Assembly (NCBI GenBank): GCA_002633005.1
Contig: NMRA01000005.1
Coordinates: forward strand, 893,001-957,000
Length of the DNA stretch: 64,000 nt
Source: Phoronis australis
Taxonomy: Eukaryota > Animalia > Phoronida
Direction of reading: 5' to 3'
In this document: piece by piece, positions 23,691 through 37,481 of the stretch
Position numbering within the stretch: position 1 is the stretch's first letter
Layout of the letters: each line of letters starts with the position of its first letter
Notes under the pieces: model-generated
The model's input: the letters and a program-made list of their open reading frames with translations, nothing else
What the model was told of the DNA's origin: nothing
Database searches by the model: none
Translations under genes and position numbers: made by a program

Positions 23691-25203
23691 CCCCAATACA
23701 CTATTATATACAAAGTATGACACTCGGGACAAGGAATTCCACAGGTGCTTCACTTCAGCCGTTCATACGAAACATAAAACTCAATAAATTTACGCAAAAT
23801 AGGGGTTCAACAAACCATGAGCAATTGTTCTATCTTGTGATAGCATTTACTGTCAATGTGCATCACGGAAATTGCCGATTTTGCACAGGTCATCAGTAAC
23901 TCTACTTCATAACCTTCTGTGATAAACTGGCAACTGCCGTCCATCCGTAACCTATCGGATAATTCCGTACCAACTCGCATGGGGCACATTGATAGAACGC
24001 ATCAGCTTTTTGGGAGGGTTTTTGTGCTTTGACTGTGAATTTGTTGCTAACTCGCTGGAGCAGGATACCGTAAATGTTACCAGAAGAAAGACTGATTATT
24101 GTTTACAATCCAACTCTATTAACGTACATACTTGATACTACTATTTTCTGAATCCTCTTGTCACGGTGATTCCAAAAGTGTAATACTTGTACTGATTGCT
24201 CGCTTCTTAATCAAAATTTTTCCAAGGCCTTCATTTGCAACGCGGATTTAATGTGGCAGCCATTTTTAAAAGTGCGACACCTTTCGGCACGATTGATAAC
24301 TAACGGTTAACCTAGAATGAAGTTAGTTCGAAGCAGAATGTGTTTGTGTGTCCTCGTATTCTAGCCTGCCAGTGATATAAGTTATCTTATTACCTAATTC
24401 CACTTGTTTGAAACAGTTTTTGTCTCCGAGACAACACATGTCCACCTTAACACGAGTCGAAATCATGTCCGCGAGATGTCAAGTGTTTATGTGGACGATA
24501 TTTGTCTGCGAGAACACGCACTCTCGTGTTTTTTCTAAAGAAGAGGTTTTGAAGAGGCAATCCTTCATAAATGACTATTGCTGTTTTTTACTGTTTCCCT
24601 AATGTGCCACGCGGTATATCTTCAATATACAAGCCAATTTTGGGGTCTTCTGACACACACACGCATGATCGTTGTAGTTATCATTCCTGCTGAGAGGTGT
24701 CGCAGTTTTATATTGGCAGTCACTCGAGATCGGCTGCCGCAAATGAACACCTCGTAAAAACAGTGAATGCATGAATACGAAGAGCCCAATTGGTACGAGT
24801 AATAAATTTTTGGAATCACCATGATCACCATGGTGAGAGGATTTAGAAAATATTAATATCAAGTATGTACATTAATAGAGTCGGCCTGTAAACAATAACC
24901 GAAAGAACAATTGCGCACGGTTTGTTGAACCCCTGTCTCGTGTAAATTTATTAAGTTATGTGTATGATATGAACAGTGTAGAAAATTTCGTCATGTCTGA
25001 GACTTGAACCCGGGTTGCACGAGCGACAGTCAAGCGTCTAAACCATTCGGCCAAGAGGCAAGCGGCTTAGAGAGGCTTTATCTGACTCTACGTGTCGTGA
25101 AAACTGGAAGTCACGCTTCACAACAATGCCTGAAGTGAAGCACTCGTGGAATTCCTAGTCCCGAGTCATACCTTAGTAAATTCTTTTAGTAAATTGTATT
25201 GGA
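23691..25203. mobile_element. ~1.5-kb non-autonomous DNA transposon with ~140-bp TIRs
   Basis: CCCAATACA...GTATGACACTCGGGACAAGGAATTCCACAGGTGCTTCACTTCAG...GGGGTTCAACAAACC..GCAATTGTTC (23691-23830) mirrored at 24905-25203; right TIR interrupted by an insertion. Confidence 0.75.
24977..25122 (-). mobile_element. 146-bp TGT...ACA element carrying a tRNA(Asp)-like segment
   Basis: Absent from the left TIR of the host element; ends TGTAGAA / TTCACA, flanks ACAG / ACAA; - strand reads GCCTCTTGGCCGAATGGTTTAGACGCTTGACTGTCGCTCGTGCAACCCGGGTTCAAGTCTCAG (A box, GTC loop, B box). Confidence 0.6.
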
Positions 25204-28200
25204 TTAGATTTAGACTCATTTAGAGACGATCAGAAGCTGGGGACTTCTGTGACTGTACAGATGTTGTAAGACTGAGTGAGACTGCAAGAAAGACTCAGAA
25301 ACACTGAGAAACTAATTATATGATTCAGATATCAATATTATTCAGCCAGGGCAAAACTTCACATCGAAAGCAAATCGAGAGAGCATTCCACTCTGACTCA
25401 GTGCTCAGTCAATAACTCAAAGTGAAGCTGTGGTTTAAGTGCAGTTCATTTGACCGTGCACTGTGTTTAAACGTAAAAACTCATCAAAGCCACAGGCGCG
25501 CTTCTGATCGTTCCCAATACACTATATTAATGTACAGGAGGCGTTGAGGACGCCTGCGCCTGTGATCAAAGCTAAAATGTTAACTTACACCACCGACGTA
25601 TTCGACGAGAAACTTCAAAATGGCCACCTGCCTCGTTTTGATATCGGGAATTCCGTGACGTCAGAAGTTGGAATTCCCGGCAACAACAAAAACCTTGGTC
25701 TGTAACTCCCAGCTCTGTAAAAACAAGCTGAGGGCCGCAACAAAATCTATGCCGGAGTTCACCTTCATAAAATTTTGTTTCTTGACCCGACCATGCCGAC
25801 TGCCTAACAGATTTTTTTTTCAAAAGAAATCCCAGGCTTTGACGTAAGACGAAGTTATTTATATTCATTTTTTGGTTTGTTTTGTTCGTTCGAGTGCGCC
25901 ACACGATGAAATGTTTCAACTTCGATTATGGTCAATGGTTTTTACAACTTTTGATGCAGTGAAGTGGTATTTTTAGTTTCCATATTTTCGTTAAATAGTG
26001 AGATGTTGTTATTCTGTATTGCTTCTGATGGGTATTTTGGCTTTGCCGTGTCATTGTGGCCTCTAGTATATTCTTGGAAAGGATAAACGTTGAAAGTGAT
26101 GGTCGGTATCCCCGTGAGAATCTCAGGATTTTGAGCCAACGTAAAAATGCGTGTTGCTGAGTTAACCCAATGACTTGTGTTTTTGAAAGTAAAATGTAAT
26201 GGTCTAATATAAAGTTTGCTGGGTGAATAATCGACTACAAATTACTTGACCGACTTGTCGCCGGGTGCCGAATAACCACTTTCAGATACACATTTACCAG
26301 TTGGGATAATTTTTCAGCAAGCCAATTCAAAGCATGATTGGAGTCGCTTCACAAACAAAAACTTAATTAATGCTTAAAACGTACTTTTAAGCTTGGAAAT
26401 TTTCCCCAAGAAAATAACAACCTTTTACAATAGTTCTGATATAATAAGTTCAACGCTAGGAAGAGTGCACTCGCGGCCTCCGGGGGGGGGGGGNCGGGGG
26501 GGGGGGGCATACCAAATATGACTAAGAGTAGAGTGTCACTAGCATGAACGTCTTTTGTGGATTTATGACCCTTTACCGAATACTCGTATTACAATTCATC
26601 TAGACTGTATGTTTGTAAACTCCATCATTTAAAAGGTATTTCAAAGATGGTGTAGACTAAATTCTTTAGCGTACTTACACCCCATGCCGTGTATTCCTTA
26701 TCGAGGATCATTAGCTGAAATACAGGACATTAAACCCTTGCAGGGTATTATGACACTTCCACCAGAATTCAAGTGTGTCATTCGACGATAAACAGTGATG
26801 ACAAATGTCTAGGAGATTTAAGATAACTTTATGGACATTTCTCAGGATAACCAATAATAAGCGCCCCTGTGGATGTCCCATTTCATGTCTGGCAATAAAT
26901 ATTGGGTTATAACATCGACGTAACCATTATTTCGTCTGCTCCGATTTGTCGATTGTTGTCTTTGTTGGTGGTTGGTGGACTGTTGTGTCGTGAGTATATT
27001 TTTGCGTGTTAAATGTGTCTCGTACCATATACGTAATTTTGGAAGAGTACTTACATTCATAATTCAACAATGGAGAGAGTATGCAATGTGTAATGGTGAA
27101 CAGGGTTGCCATCTGCAGACGCATCGCGACTAATGTTAGCATGACCACGCGTTTAGTCACTGCTCTTTTAACGAAACAAACCCCAGCGCGGGGCCGGCGC
27201 CTACAGCGCGAAGCTGGATGGTGGGTGTTCATGTCCTAGACCTGCTTTTTATGCTAATTGAGTTTTCGTTTCAAGCCGCGAGTTCTTGTTTCTAATTCGG
27301 CAACTCCCTTTGCGTGGCAGGGAATGTCGCTAACTCTGAAGCATAGATCAGTCGTATCAAATGCGGGGTGGGGTGGACTATCTGCCTTCGTCCAGACTTA
27401 GGTTCGTCAGTTTTTGTCAAACTTGCATCGTTTCTTGTGTAATAGGAGCCTGTCTGTTGATCGGCGTGCTGTACGTGCTGTTTGGGCGCCCATACACGGG
27501 CAGTTATCAAATCAGATGTCACTGAAGAACGTACACGCTCTATGGATACCCCAAGTGGAGAAAATTTTTCGAGTTACGTGAAATTGAGAAAGCTACAACT
27601 TGCTCGCATAAACTACAACGTGGTCAGTACGGGTTCAATCTTATACTTATGCAGTTTCTAATACAAGAAAATAGTTGAAACGAAACTCCCATTACTACCA
27701 ATAAACCATGCACATTATATAGTGACATAATATGGAGGCATCGGCTGACGTAATATGTTGGTTAGCTTTATTTATCCGGAACTTGACCATGCACTTGGCT
27801 GGTTCGAAAATACACTCTTCTAAAATTCGTTAAGGATGGGTTACATAAAGCCCCCTTCTGCACGACACCTTACTAGACTGTTGTGTTAGCGAAAAAGATC
27901 ATCCCGTGTAGATCACTATTTAAGCTCCGTTACCAGCGTCGAAGAATGTGCGCGATCGATAAGAAGAGTGAACCCAAAAGTTAATAAAAATGAATACCAT
28001 GTAATTAATGCGTTTGCTAACATTTTAAAACCACCCTTAGTATGCCAAACGTATTAAAAAGAAAAAAAAAAGATTTCTTCAGTTGTCTTGGGGGCTCGAA
28101 CANAAAAATCCCCCCCCCCCCCCCCCAGTTGGCGAAGTTAACAAAAAGGTCCGCCACCGAGAGACAAAAAGTCTGTGAGAAAATACAGAGGTACTCCTGT

Positions 28201-28659
28201 TTTTTTTTAGTCCTCCAGCTCTTTTGTTAGCAAATGGTCCACAACGTCGGGAATTCGAATCCCTCATGGAAGCCTGGGTGCGCGCATGCTTTTTCGTGAT
28301 TGCTCATCTACCGTCTGGTGTCTTATCGACTGTTTACAGACTCGTGAGATAAACACCAATACTTGTGATAATTTAGTTGTTCATTCTCGTCTTTCGGCTT
28401 AATTTGAAGTTCCTTGAAGTACTCTAATTTTTCATTCAAATGACGGTATTCGCAATTCAATCGCATGCGCATTTCAGAAACTGAAGGCGACCACTACGCA
28501 TTTCAGAAACTGAAGGCGATCACTTCTCGCGCATGCACATGCTTGAGCAAATCTATCTGTGTGAGAACCCGGCCTGCTGGACAAATTCAGCGACACCCTA
28601 ATTATAAAATTGCAGTAGGACTAATATCAGTTTCGCTTGACAATGGAAATCGACGAAAT

Positions 28660-28813
28660 CAGGAGCGGATCCAAGATTTTGAGTTGGGGGGGGGGGGCAG
28701 GGAAGAGTAATAGCCATGATTTTGCCGGGAGACTTTCACACCCCTGAACTGCCAAATGGAATCTGAGAGCGGGGGCATTGCCCTCTTGCCCCCCCCTCCT
28801 AAATCCGACACTG
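28660..28813 (+). mobile_element. MITE with 5-bp TSD (hAT5-like)
   Basis: CAGGAGCGGATCCA...TAAATCCGACACTG flanked by GAAAT / GAAAT; same family as 51166-51353 in opposite orientation. Confidence 0.8.
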
Positions 28814-31570
28814 GAAATAGTAGTCCATTTCTTCAAAAAATTAAGCGCAACACAAACCCCACCCTTGATCTGTGTCCGCCCCCACTTTGACCCGTGTGAA
28901 CTTTTCATGCGTTCCCTAATATCTCAAGCAGACTGACAGATCTCATACGCTTTAATGAGGTCAGAGCTTTCGTGTTATCCCCTGCTTAAACAAACTTGTT
29001 TTGCGAGGCTTCTTCGGCTTACTCACAGCAAGACAGGTGAGTTCTAGAAACGGGATGGTTTTGACTTTTTAGGCGCGTCTTGGGCGTCTTTTGCAGATCC
29101 AGTGACTTTGTCTGTGTCATGCCAAGTTGCAATTTGCACTGTATCTGTTGCATTTTCTGTGGTTGTTGCTTCACAATGGCTGTGGGCGGTTGTCTTTTCC
29201 TGTTCACGGTGGTTGATTGCTATTCACGGTATTCCGAATTTCACACAAGCAGAGGTTCGGAATGACCAATGAGCTACTCTCATTGGAATGACATTGCTCG
29301 AGTTGTGAAATTGTGCTGCTCATATTTGCCAACCCCGTCTGTTGGCAACTGACGTGATTCGATCACGCTTAGAAAAGCAGACTGTTTTCAGATTAGCTAG
29401 CGTAGTAATCTAGCATTTAATTTCGAACTGAGCGTCAATTTGGTATCGTAACATAGCACTTTGCGCGCCGTTAAGAAACATCCAAGAACCTAACCAATCT
29501 CTGCACTAGAAATGCGACTCGAAAAATTGACCGTCACACTACGCTTCGAGTAAATTTATTGTTCTCGAGTCAGGTGACGTTGGTACTAAGAGGCCTAAAT
29601 CAAACGTTGTTTTTGACAAAAGGGGTGTATTGTTTCGAGTCTGAGTCGAGTTTGGCGGTTCGGAGATTGGACGCATTGGCCCAGGTGAGCTCATGTACAC
29701 AATATCGATGATTTCAGTCACCAGTTGCCAGTTGCACCCGTTTTGTTTGCCGGAAGTCTGATGATGTTTGCTCATCTAACCTGGTTCATGTCTGAACACA
29801 CTTTTTATAATCATGTCATGTAGGCCACGTATCCTAATGACTTCACGAGGTTCCGTTTAGCTGAACAATTTCCTCCGTTTGGAATCACATTTAGCCATTG
29901 TACAGTCAATATACGGCATAGATTGTTTTCTCAAAATATGTCTGCACGGATCGAGGTAGCTGCCGACGAAGCTTGGTCGATGGCAAAGGGGAGTTTATTC
30001 ATTCAAGGAATTTTATTGAGCCAATGTGCTCTTCATACCTCTTAAGTTAAAGTATTAGTTTACGCTGACTCGTGCATTCAACTAGAAAGGCACGTTGCAA
30101 AAGCAATCTGTTGAACAAGTGTGATTGGGAATTTGCCTCTTCGGACAAAATCACTGAAGCCGCTGATTTCTGAAGGAGTTTACGGATGGTGATTGAGTCG
30201 CAAAGTAATAATTTGTGAAAAGCGCTTACGTGAAGCTTGCATGGCCTTTTCACAAAACGGCAGTTATTAAAATTACGAGCTAATATTGAGGAAATGGCTG
30301 AGTAATTACTAGCGGGATATTCATTGCTGTTATCGTCCTGCGTAACATCTGTGAGTGAAAGATAATTGATTTAATTTCTTTTACAAGCACGCTTACACTA
30401 GTCAAGACCAACTTCGTTATCCTTTCAGTGGAAAAATTTATAACAAATTCATCAATGATAACGGTGCTCCATTTTTTGTGTGAGAAAAACGTTTGTGTAA
30501 TTTGACAGCAACTTTTCACTAGTTCGTGTGTTGTTCCCAGATTATGATAAAGACAGACGAATGCAGCGTTGTTCTCAACCGTACGTGTTGGGAAAAAGCT
30601 ACGAACGAGAGAGCGGTATATGGTCCAACATAAAATTTGATTTCGGTTTTATGTTAGTGACCAGGCCAGCTCTCCAACTTCTGATCCCCGTGCTTCGCAT
30701 ATGTATCGAGGGCGGTTGTGAACTGAAGCAAGGCGGGAAACAGGGTCGATAAGAAATCAACAATTTTGAGCACGACCCCTTAGGCATGACCATAGCAAAG
30801 TTGCCCCTCAACGTTGCCTTGACGAAGATAGTATTTGTAAAACTACACCCAGTGACGCGATACGTGATAAATGCGTTTACGGTCACGCAGCTGGGACAGG
30901 GCATTTATGAAACAGTCGGCATACACATAAGCAAAGATTTTGAACTGGGTCGTTGGAGTCCCGGACTTAGTCCTAAGGGTCGTATTTGTACTTTCCGTTT
31001 GTCTCATTGTGAGTTCTTACACAATGGTTGGCTCGCAGTGTACTTTACGTCCGAATTTTCGAATCAATGCCAATTGCTCCGCTTGGGGGCACTCCTAGAA
31101 ATCCTTTTCAGCAACTAACACACCCTAGCATTATCATGTCTCACTACAAGTGGTAACTACCTTTAATTTTGAGGTTTCTAGGAATAAATTTCAGGTTATA
31201 TGGCATTGTCATGCCCAGTGCTTATTTTATATTATTGCATTATTAAACTTCAGTGTGAGTCGCAACTTTCTTGAAGTCCATCTTTATTCTAAGCCTGTTG
31301 ACGAGTGGAATAAACGTTCTCATTTTACCTAGCGCAGTGAAACACTTCTTCTATGGCGTGAACTCAATGCGTGCTCGGAAGTATGGATGAAATTGGCTAA
31401 ATTGTCGAAAAAATAAGGAAGCCGGGATTCTGGTTCAGTAGCCGCTTGAGCCGTCGTTTCATGACCCAGCATTTCAGCGACAGACGAAACGAAAAGTGGC
31501 GCGTGCAAAATGTGAGAGATAAATCTCTTGTTTTTCTGCTTTGTGAATCGTTATCTTTGTCACTGTTATG

Positions 31571-31745
31571 AGTTCACACGGCAATTTCGAACAATTTTCT
31601 CAGCGGTCACTGAAGCGCAATCTATATATAAGTACCCCCGGGTTTGTTACCGTTAAGTTCACACGGCAGTTTCGATCATTTTTCTCAGCGGCCACAGAAC
31701 AGCAATCTATTGTGTATAAGTACCCCCGGGTTGAAAGTTACCGAC
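31571..31745. repeat. ~87-bp tandem duplication
   Basis: AGTTCACACGGCA.TTTCGA.CA.TTTTCTCAGCGG.CAC.GAA...GCAATCTAT...TATAAGTACCCC(C)GGGTT occurs twice. Confidence 0.85.
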
Positions 31746-34677
31746 GACAGTGGTGCAAATTTTCTCAACTACACCTCAATTGTCGAAATGTCAATTTACA
31801 ATGCACAATAATAAGCGTCTTTCTCGTAATTTCAATATTTGTGTCTTCAGTCTATCCGATCGTCGGCGCTTAAATGAGTTGCAGATTTCAAATAGCAACC
31901 GAAACTAGTAAGTATCTTTTGGTTCTGTGCTGTGAGATCCACTGGCGGATCTAGTATGTGGTAAGGGGGCGGGGTAGTGATAACCACAATTATCGAAGAG
32001 GAAATGTTCGCTTAAGCTAAAAAACGACATGTCTCGATGGCGCTTTCTGGCCGTATCCACTGGGTGTAGAGGGGACTTCCTAACAGATGTCTGCCTGTTT
32101 CCGTGTCCCTGGGACTGCTCTGCAGTCATGGTTACACGATCTTGATCAAGCAGGGGTGAACAATATCACTTGGGACTCCTCTATTTGTGGCAGCCCAACA
32201 ATGGCAGGTTTCTAACTCATGGTCCCCTGTGCGTCCGCGCCTGTTCCATGATATTTTTTGACTTATTCTTATTGACCTGTTTTCATACTCGGGTTGTGCG
32301 TTTATTCAAACTACTACACATTCGCGTTCTGTCCACGAAGTTATAATTTGATGTAGATCGTTTATCGTGATTTCTCGGCCGGGGTTTGCAAAAACTTGAC
32401 AGCTGAGACTATGTTCGGCGCACAAAGTGACACGCCGTGACATGCCAACTTGAACAACTTGGTCCTACAAGGCTTGAGAGTCTCGAGCAAGAACGAACTT
32501 TCAGATCTTTCCAAGCCTTGAAATCATCTCAAAGCTGATGGCAAATCGTTCAAATCAAATTTTGTGTTCATCATCTGGAAAGCGAGTTTATGGTCCTTTT
32601 ATCTGGAAAAGAATTCGGTTAAGCAAGTTTGACTTAAAACATATTGAGACCATTTCTGAAGGGTCTAAATCAAAAGTTGTTTTTGTGGTGGAGGGAGGGT
32701 TTATTAGCCGGCACTTTACATCAGTGTAACTTAGTTTTGACATGCACCGATTTTATAGCTGTGACTGTGCTATTGGGACGCACATCCTATGAAATATTTA
32801 TCGCACTCGGATTTCCTCGGGTTAAGATCCCTGTTTGGTGTTTTGCACGAATAGAGATAAGAAAGTGTAATGAATTGATTAACGTTTTTTTTTTTAATGA
32901 AAATGAGTTGTTGCTCGTTTATTTGGCCGTGAGCGTGAAATTGAAGTTACTCTGAGGTTCGCATCCAGACTGACTTCATCTTGCAGCAAGCATGTTAAGT
33001 AAGATTAAAGACCATATTAGTTTGCTCTGATGACATGCAAAGTTTGTGGAGAAAAAGGTGGAATCTGTTATAATCTCTTTATATAAAACGACATACGAAT
33101 CTTCAAAGCAAGGATCATCTGACGACAAACGTACGCAAGAAGTGTGCAGAGTTGCGTTCCGAAGTGATTTCGAGAAAAACGATAAAACGTAAGGTTTCTC
33201 GAGATATTACCATGAATTATTAGCAAAACACGTTTTGCGTATACGGAGCGCGCCTTCAATTGTCCCCATCCGTTACAAGTAGGTGCTGCCATCTATTGGT
33301 TAGGATTGTAATCCAGACTCCATTGTCAAAATCGAGATGTGAACATTTGGCCGACAAAAACTCTAGCGCAGCAGTTTGAATACTAACAAAAATCCATTTT
33401 TACTTGTTTTCCGTTTTTCCTTGTCTTCCGCTTATGAGCAGCTTTTCGAAGAGGCAATGTGTCAAAGTTGATCTACGCTGAAAATCTCAGTTCACGAAAA
33501 CCACGAACCAACGGCAAGCACCGGATCATTACGCCACTCTTAACTATCCGTAGTTCACCATACCTGCATGTTGAACTAGGGCAATAAAACCCCCGGTCAC
33601 ATACCTGGCTAGTAAATCATTTGTTCTAGACAACATAACATTTCATCGCCATCACTCGGCCCACACTAAAACATTCTTGCATGGCAGGTTTCGGTGATTC
33701 AGCAACCCAATCGTCTGGTAGAAATATGACGATGCTCGCGCTACTGTACTGTTACGAAATAGTTCTTGGAAGGCGGTAGTTAGTGTTTACATAGTGACGT
33801 CTCACCGATTTCTTTCGGGGGGGCTTTCCATGGCAATATTGACCGGTAGAGGGTTGAGAAAGTTACTTAGCTCACAAACCATGGCCCAAGTGCTGCATTT
33901 AAATAAAAAGTGTAGACGCAACACCAGTTCATGAGATGTGCCGTTGGTGTCTTCAAAATGAAGGACTGATACCACTCAATAACATACATGATAGGCTCGA
34001 ATCCGCCATCTGTACGAACCCTTTATATCGCAATGGAACCATTAAATAACACGCACTAATCGCAGCATGCTTACAAACTACGAACTCATCTACGCGACCT
34101 TACCAATCAGATGTTTGCATCCAATTAGTCTGCGTTGCCATACTTTGTTTTTGGACAGAAGCCCACCAGAGGCAAGGATCGATGACAATTGATTTGTTAA
34201 AAATTTTGCAATTCCAATAAATGCATTTTAAACTTTGGAAAATGTCCGTTTCATTTCTCAACGTCATGAAATATTATCAGCTTGGACGAACCAAGAGACA
34301 AGACCGGTCGTTTTTATTAACATCGTGTTTTGATGACGTAACTGCGCCCGTTTCAAAACGTTTCCGTTAACTCGATGGGTTGACTGCGTTCGAATCATCC
34401 TAGTGCAGAGGCGTTTAATCGAAGTAATTAATGTCTACTGAACATCTCGCATTTCTCACAAGCCAACCAGAAATTTCCAAAGTGTGGAAGAGAGGCAGAA
34501 ACTTCAAGAGACAGGCGGTGAAACTGATTGTGCATTTAGTTTGAGTGTTCATCGATTTCTGAGAGTTCGCCCGGTAATTCATCATTTACATGTATTTAGC
34601 ACGCATTATGGCCGACAAGTGTAATTCTATTTTGTTAAATTTCCCCAAAAAATAAATAAGAATTTTTATTCTATTGA

Positions 34678-34731
34678 TCAGATGGTCATGGCGGTCAGAT
34701 TGCCATGGTGGTCAGATGGTCATGGCGGTCA
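34678..34731. repeat. 17-bp tandem repeat (TCAGATGGTCATGGCGG) x3
   Basis: Direct reading. Confidence 0.85.
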
Positions 34732-36199
34732 ACTTACCTTGGAAAGGATACATTTTTGATTTAATTACCAGAAAAACGGTTCGCTTTTTGGGTTACGAAC
34801 TTTAAAAAGGTTTCTGGCATTTTACAAAAGGATCACGTATTCTATATGTAGGTAGCTGGGTTTAAGGTTTATTCATGGTTTATTGGATTTTAATTCTTTC
34901 ATAGGAGGCACGTGGGATCGGATGAGTTTCGCTTAAAATCCCCTGTTCAAAAGCATATAGCCTTGTACTGAGGTGAAACCTGGTGTGGGCGAGGGCCGTG
35001 AGGAAAACTTACCTACATCTGCAAATCTTGTCTCCTCAGGCTGATCCAGTGTCGGACCTACGAGGCGATTTAAATAAATCAATAAATGACTTCTGTTACA
35101 AAATCGCAAACATAAACAGATTTAGGGTTCGACCCTCCCCCCACCGGACGTGATAATCAAACGCCACCGGCACGGGGTCATTGCGAAGGGTCTCCCCACG
35201 CCGGCGTTATCGCAGATCCGCCTGTGCCTGGAGGAGTAAATCCCCCGTCGATTCGATAAACGTTGGTTCCGCCACTGTGGTCCCACTGTGGTCCCACGAT
35301 CATCACAACTTTCACCTTCTCCCGCCATTCACCAACTAAGACATGACATTTCAAAATTACCGTAAGTTGTTTAATTGACTTTAATTGAAAAAAATCCTGT
35401 TTTTGCCTTTCTATAAACCTATGAACCTGTCTTCCAACCAACGAAAGCAAAGTGTAATTTAGACAACTTGCCGTGAAAGTGGAGGTGATTCCAGGTGCGC
35501 TTCAAAAGAAGTGGCAGTTCGTTATTTTTACTACAAGTTGGCTTGTCACGGCGTGTTATCATCATGCGCCGACCATGGCCTCCACGGTGTGTTATCATCA
35601 CGCGCCGAGCATGGCCTCAAGGAATGAAGAACTGACATTTTGTGCAAACCAGACATCACTTCTCATCTGAGTAAGGAATATTTTGATAATAATTTTATAC
35701 CCATAATAAAAATTTCGCTTTTTAGACGGAACACGAGTTTATGGATGATTTATTCAATGTCTTATGCATCGTGCATATTCTACTGACGTCACAAAAGATG
35801 TGAGCTCAGACACTTCGTTGAAAACAGCGATAACTTGTTTCTACACGAAAAACGTCCACCCGCAACATTTGCTTTTCGTTCAAAGTTGACCTCATTACGC
35901 ACACATTCAAAAGCACGAAACCACAAAAGCCGCCGTCTCCCAGTAAACAAAAAAAAAAATAACAAGTGAGACATGACCGTTACTTCGAAAACTTACATTC
36001 ACATTGTGAACCAGTCTTTTTCCAGCTTATTTGCCTAGTTTTTAATCCCATTGCGAAATTTTCCATGTTTTATCACCCACGCCGACGGGTTAGTCATGAT
36101 TGCAAGATAACAATCCCTCTTTCCTCTTGAAAACTTGGCAAAATAAAGTCTGTACAGAATTGGTAAACCTCGCTTCAGAATGAATTTATGACTGGTTTC

Positions 36200-36400
36200 A
36201 GATTTTGAGTCAGTTCGTTCAACTGTGCTCTGACGTTGGCCACCGGGCTCAACAGAAAGTTCTTTTACTGGCTGAGTCAGTCGTCATTTCTTACTTTATG
36301 TTCATCTCTTCTCGTGGACAGACAGTTCCGCCCTCTTCGCCAAATTAGGAACACAACCTGAAAACAAACAGGGCAGCCTGTTGGTGTATTTATGTTTTCT
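36200..36400 (+). promoter_or_regulatory. Candidate filamin promoter/enhancer: CArG box plus two AP-1 sites
   Basis: TGAGTCA at 36206-36212 and 36273-36279, CCAAATTAGG at 36340-36349, AAACAAACA at ~36362, about 1.1 kb upstream of the filamin ATG. Confidence 0.4.
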
Positions 36401-37481
36401 AAGACGCCGGTCTTCTCGGATTACATGCTGAAGATCTTTCGAACTGGCTGAGTTAGAATATCTTACCATTTAACAGCTGTGCTTGGCTTAGCTGGTTACT
36501 GAGTTTAGCTACTGTTGGCGTTGTGTCCACGATCTCTGGTAGGTCTTTGGAAATGAGTATTTACTTAGACATCGCTTATTGTTCCAATTTAACGAGCTTA
36601 ACGATTTCATATGTCTTCTAATTAACCTAAGGTTTTTTCGTTGTTGATGTTCTTTCTGGTCCAAGCTTGCCGCACTGAACTCTGGCCATCTTTAGCACCA
36701 TCTAATACGTCATTGGTCGACAGACGGCAATGTCTTGACTGGCGCTCTTCTTTTTGGAGTGCCAAGGTGCCTGCGTTTTATCTTTATCATAATTTGGAAT
36801 AGTATTGATAAGTTCGCAGAGGGAAGTTGTTTGTGGCTACAAGTGTCGAAAGTTGGAATTTTGGGATCAAGTGTCATGGGAATAGTGCATTAGAGGAGAA
36901 TTGGTCACAGTTCAGTTGTTTTTAAAGTTGTTTGTTTAGTCTGACATTTACTCGTGTAAAAAAACTTTTCTCAGTGTGGCCAAAATCATTGAACTTGTCA
37001 TGGCCTTGGCCAACGACAAGAGTGCTCCACTAGTGCAGAACAGTCGCTATATTAATTAATATATATTCTTGCTGCATTTCAAGTGATTTAAATTTGTGTT
37101 TCATCATTTTCCATGTTATTGATACTTTTTGGTTGTGAAAAAAATTATATTGTCATATTTGAACCAAACGATATCTAGTAGTGGATGGCCCTTTTCTGTA
37201 GGCCTACAACTGACCAAATGTTTGACTTGGTGAAACTGGGAAATAGGTTCGTGAATTAGTTCCACAAACGACCGCTTGGGTAGCAGACGATGCCTTGTTC
37301 GTGAGACAATCTCACGAACTACTGGTTACTTTCCTTAAATATGTGGTTTGTTTGTTTCCTGTGACCTTTATTTGTTAACATAACACAGTCATCCATTCAT
37401 ACTTCAGGTTTGCCAACGTCCCACGAGCGATAAACACGTGTTTCCTTTGATTTTGTGTAAGGTCACAAACAACAACCAATC

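Noticed and set aside
24991-25059. Functional tRNA-Asp gene
   Set aside because: Acceptor stem does not pair and anticodon/T stems have mismatches; treated as TE-borne tRNA-derived sequence.
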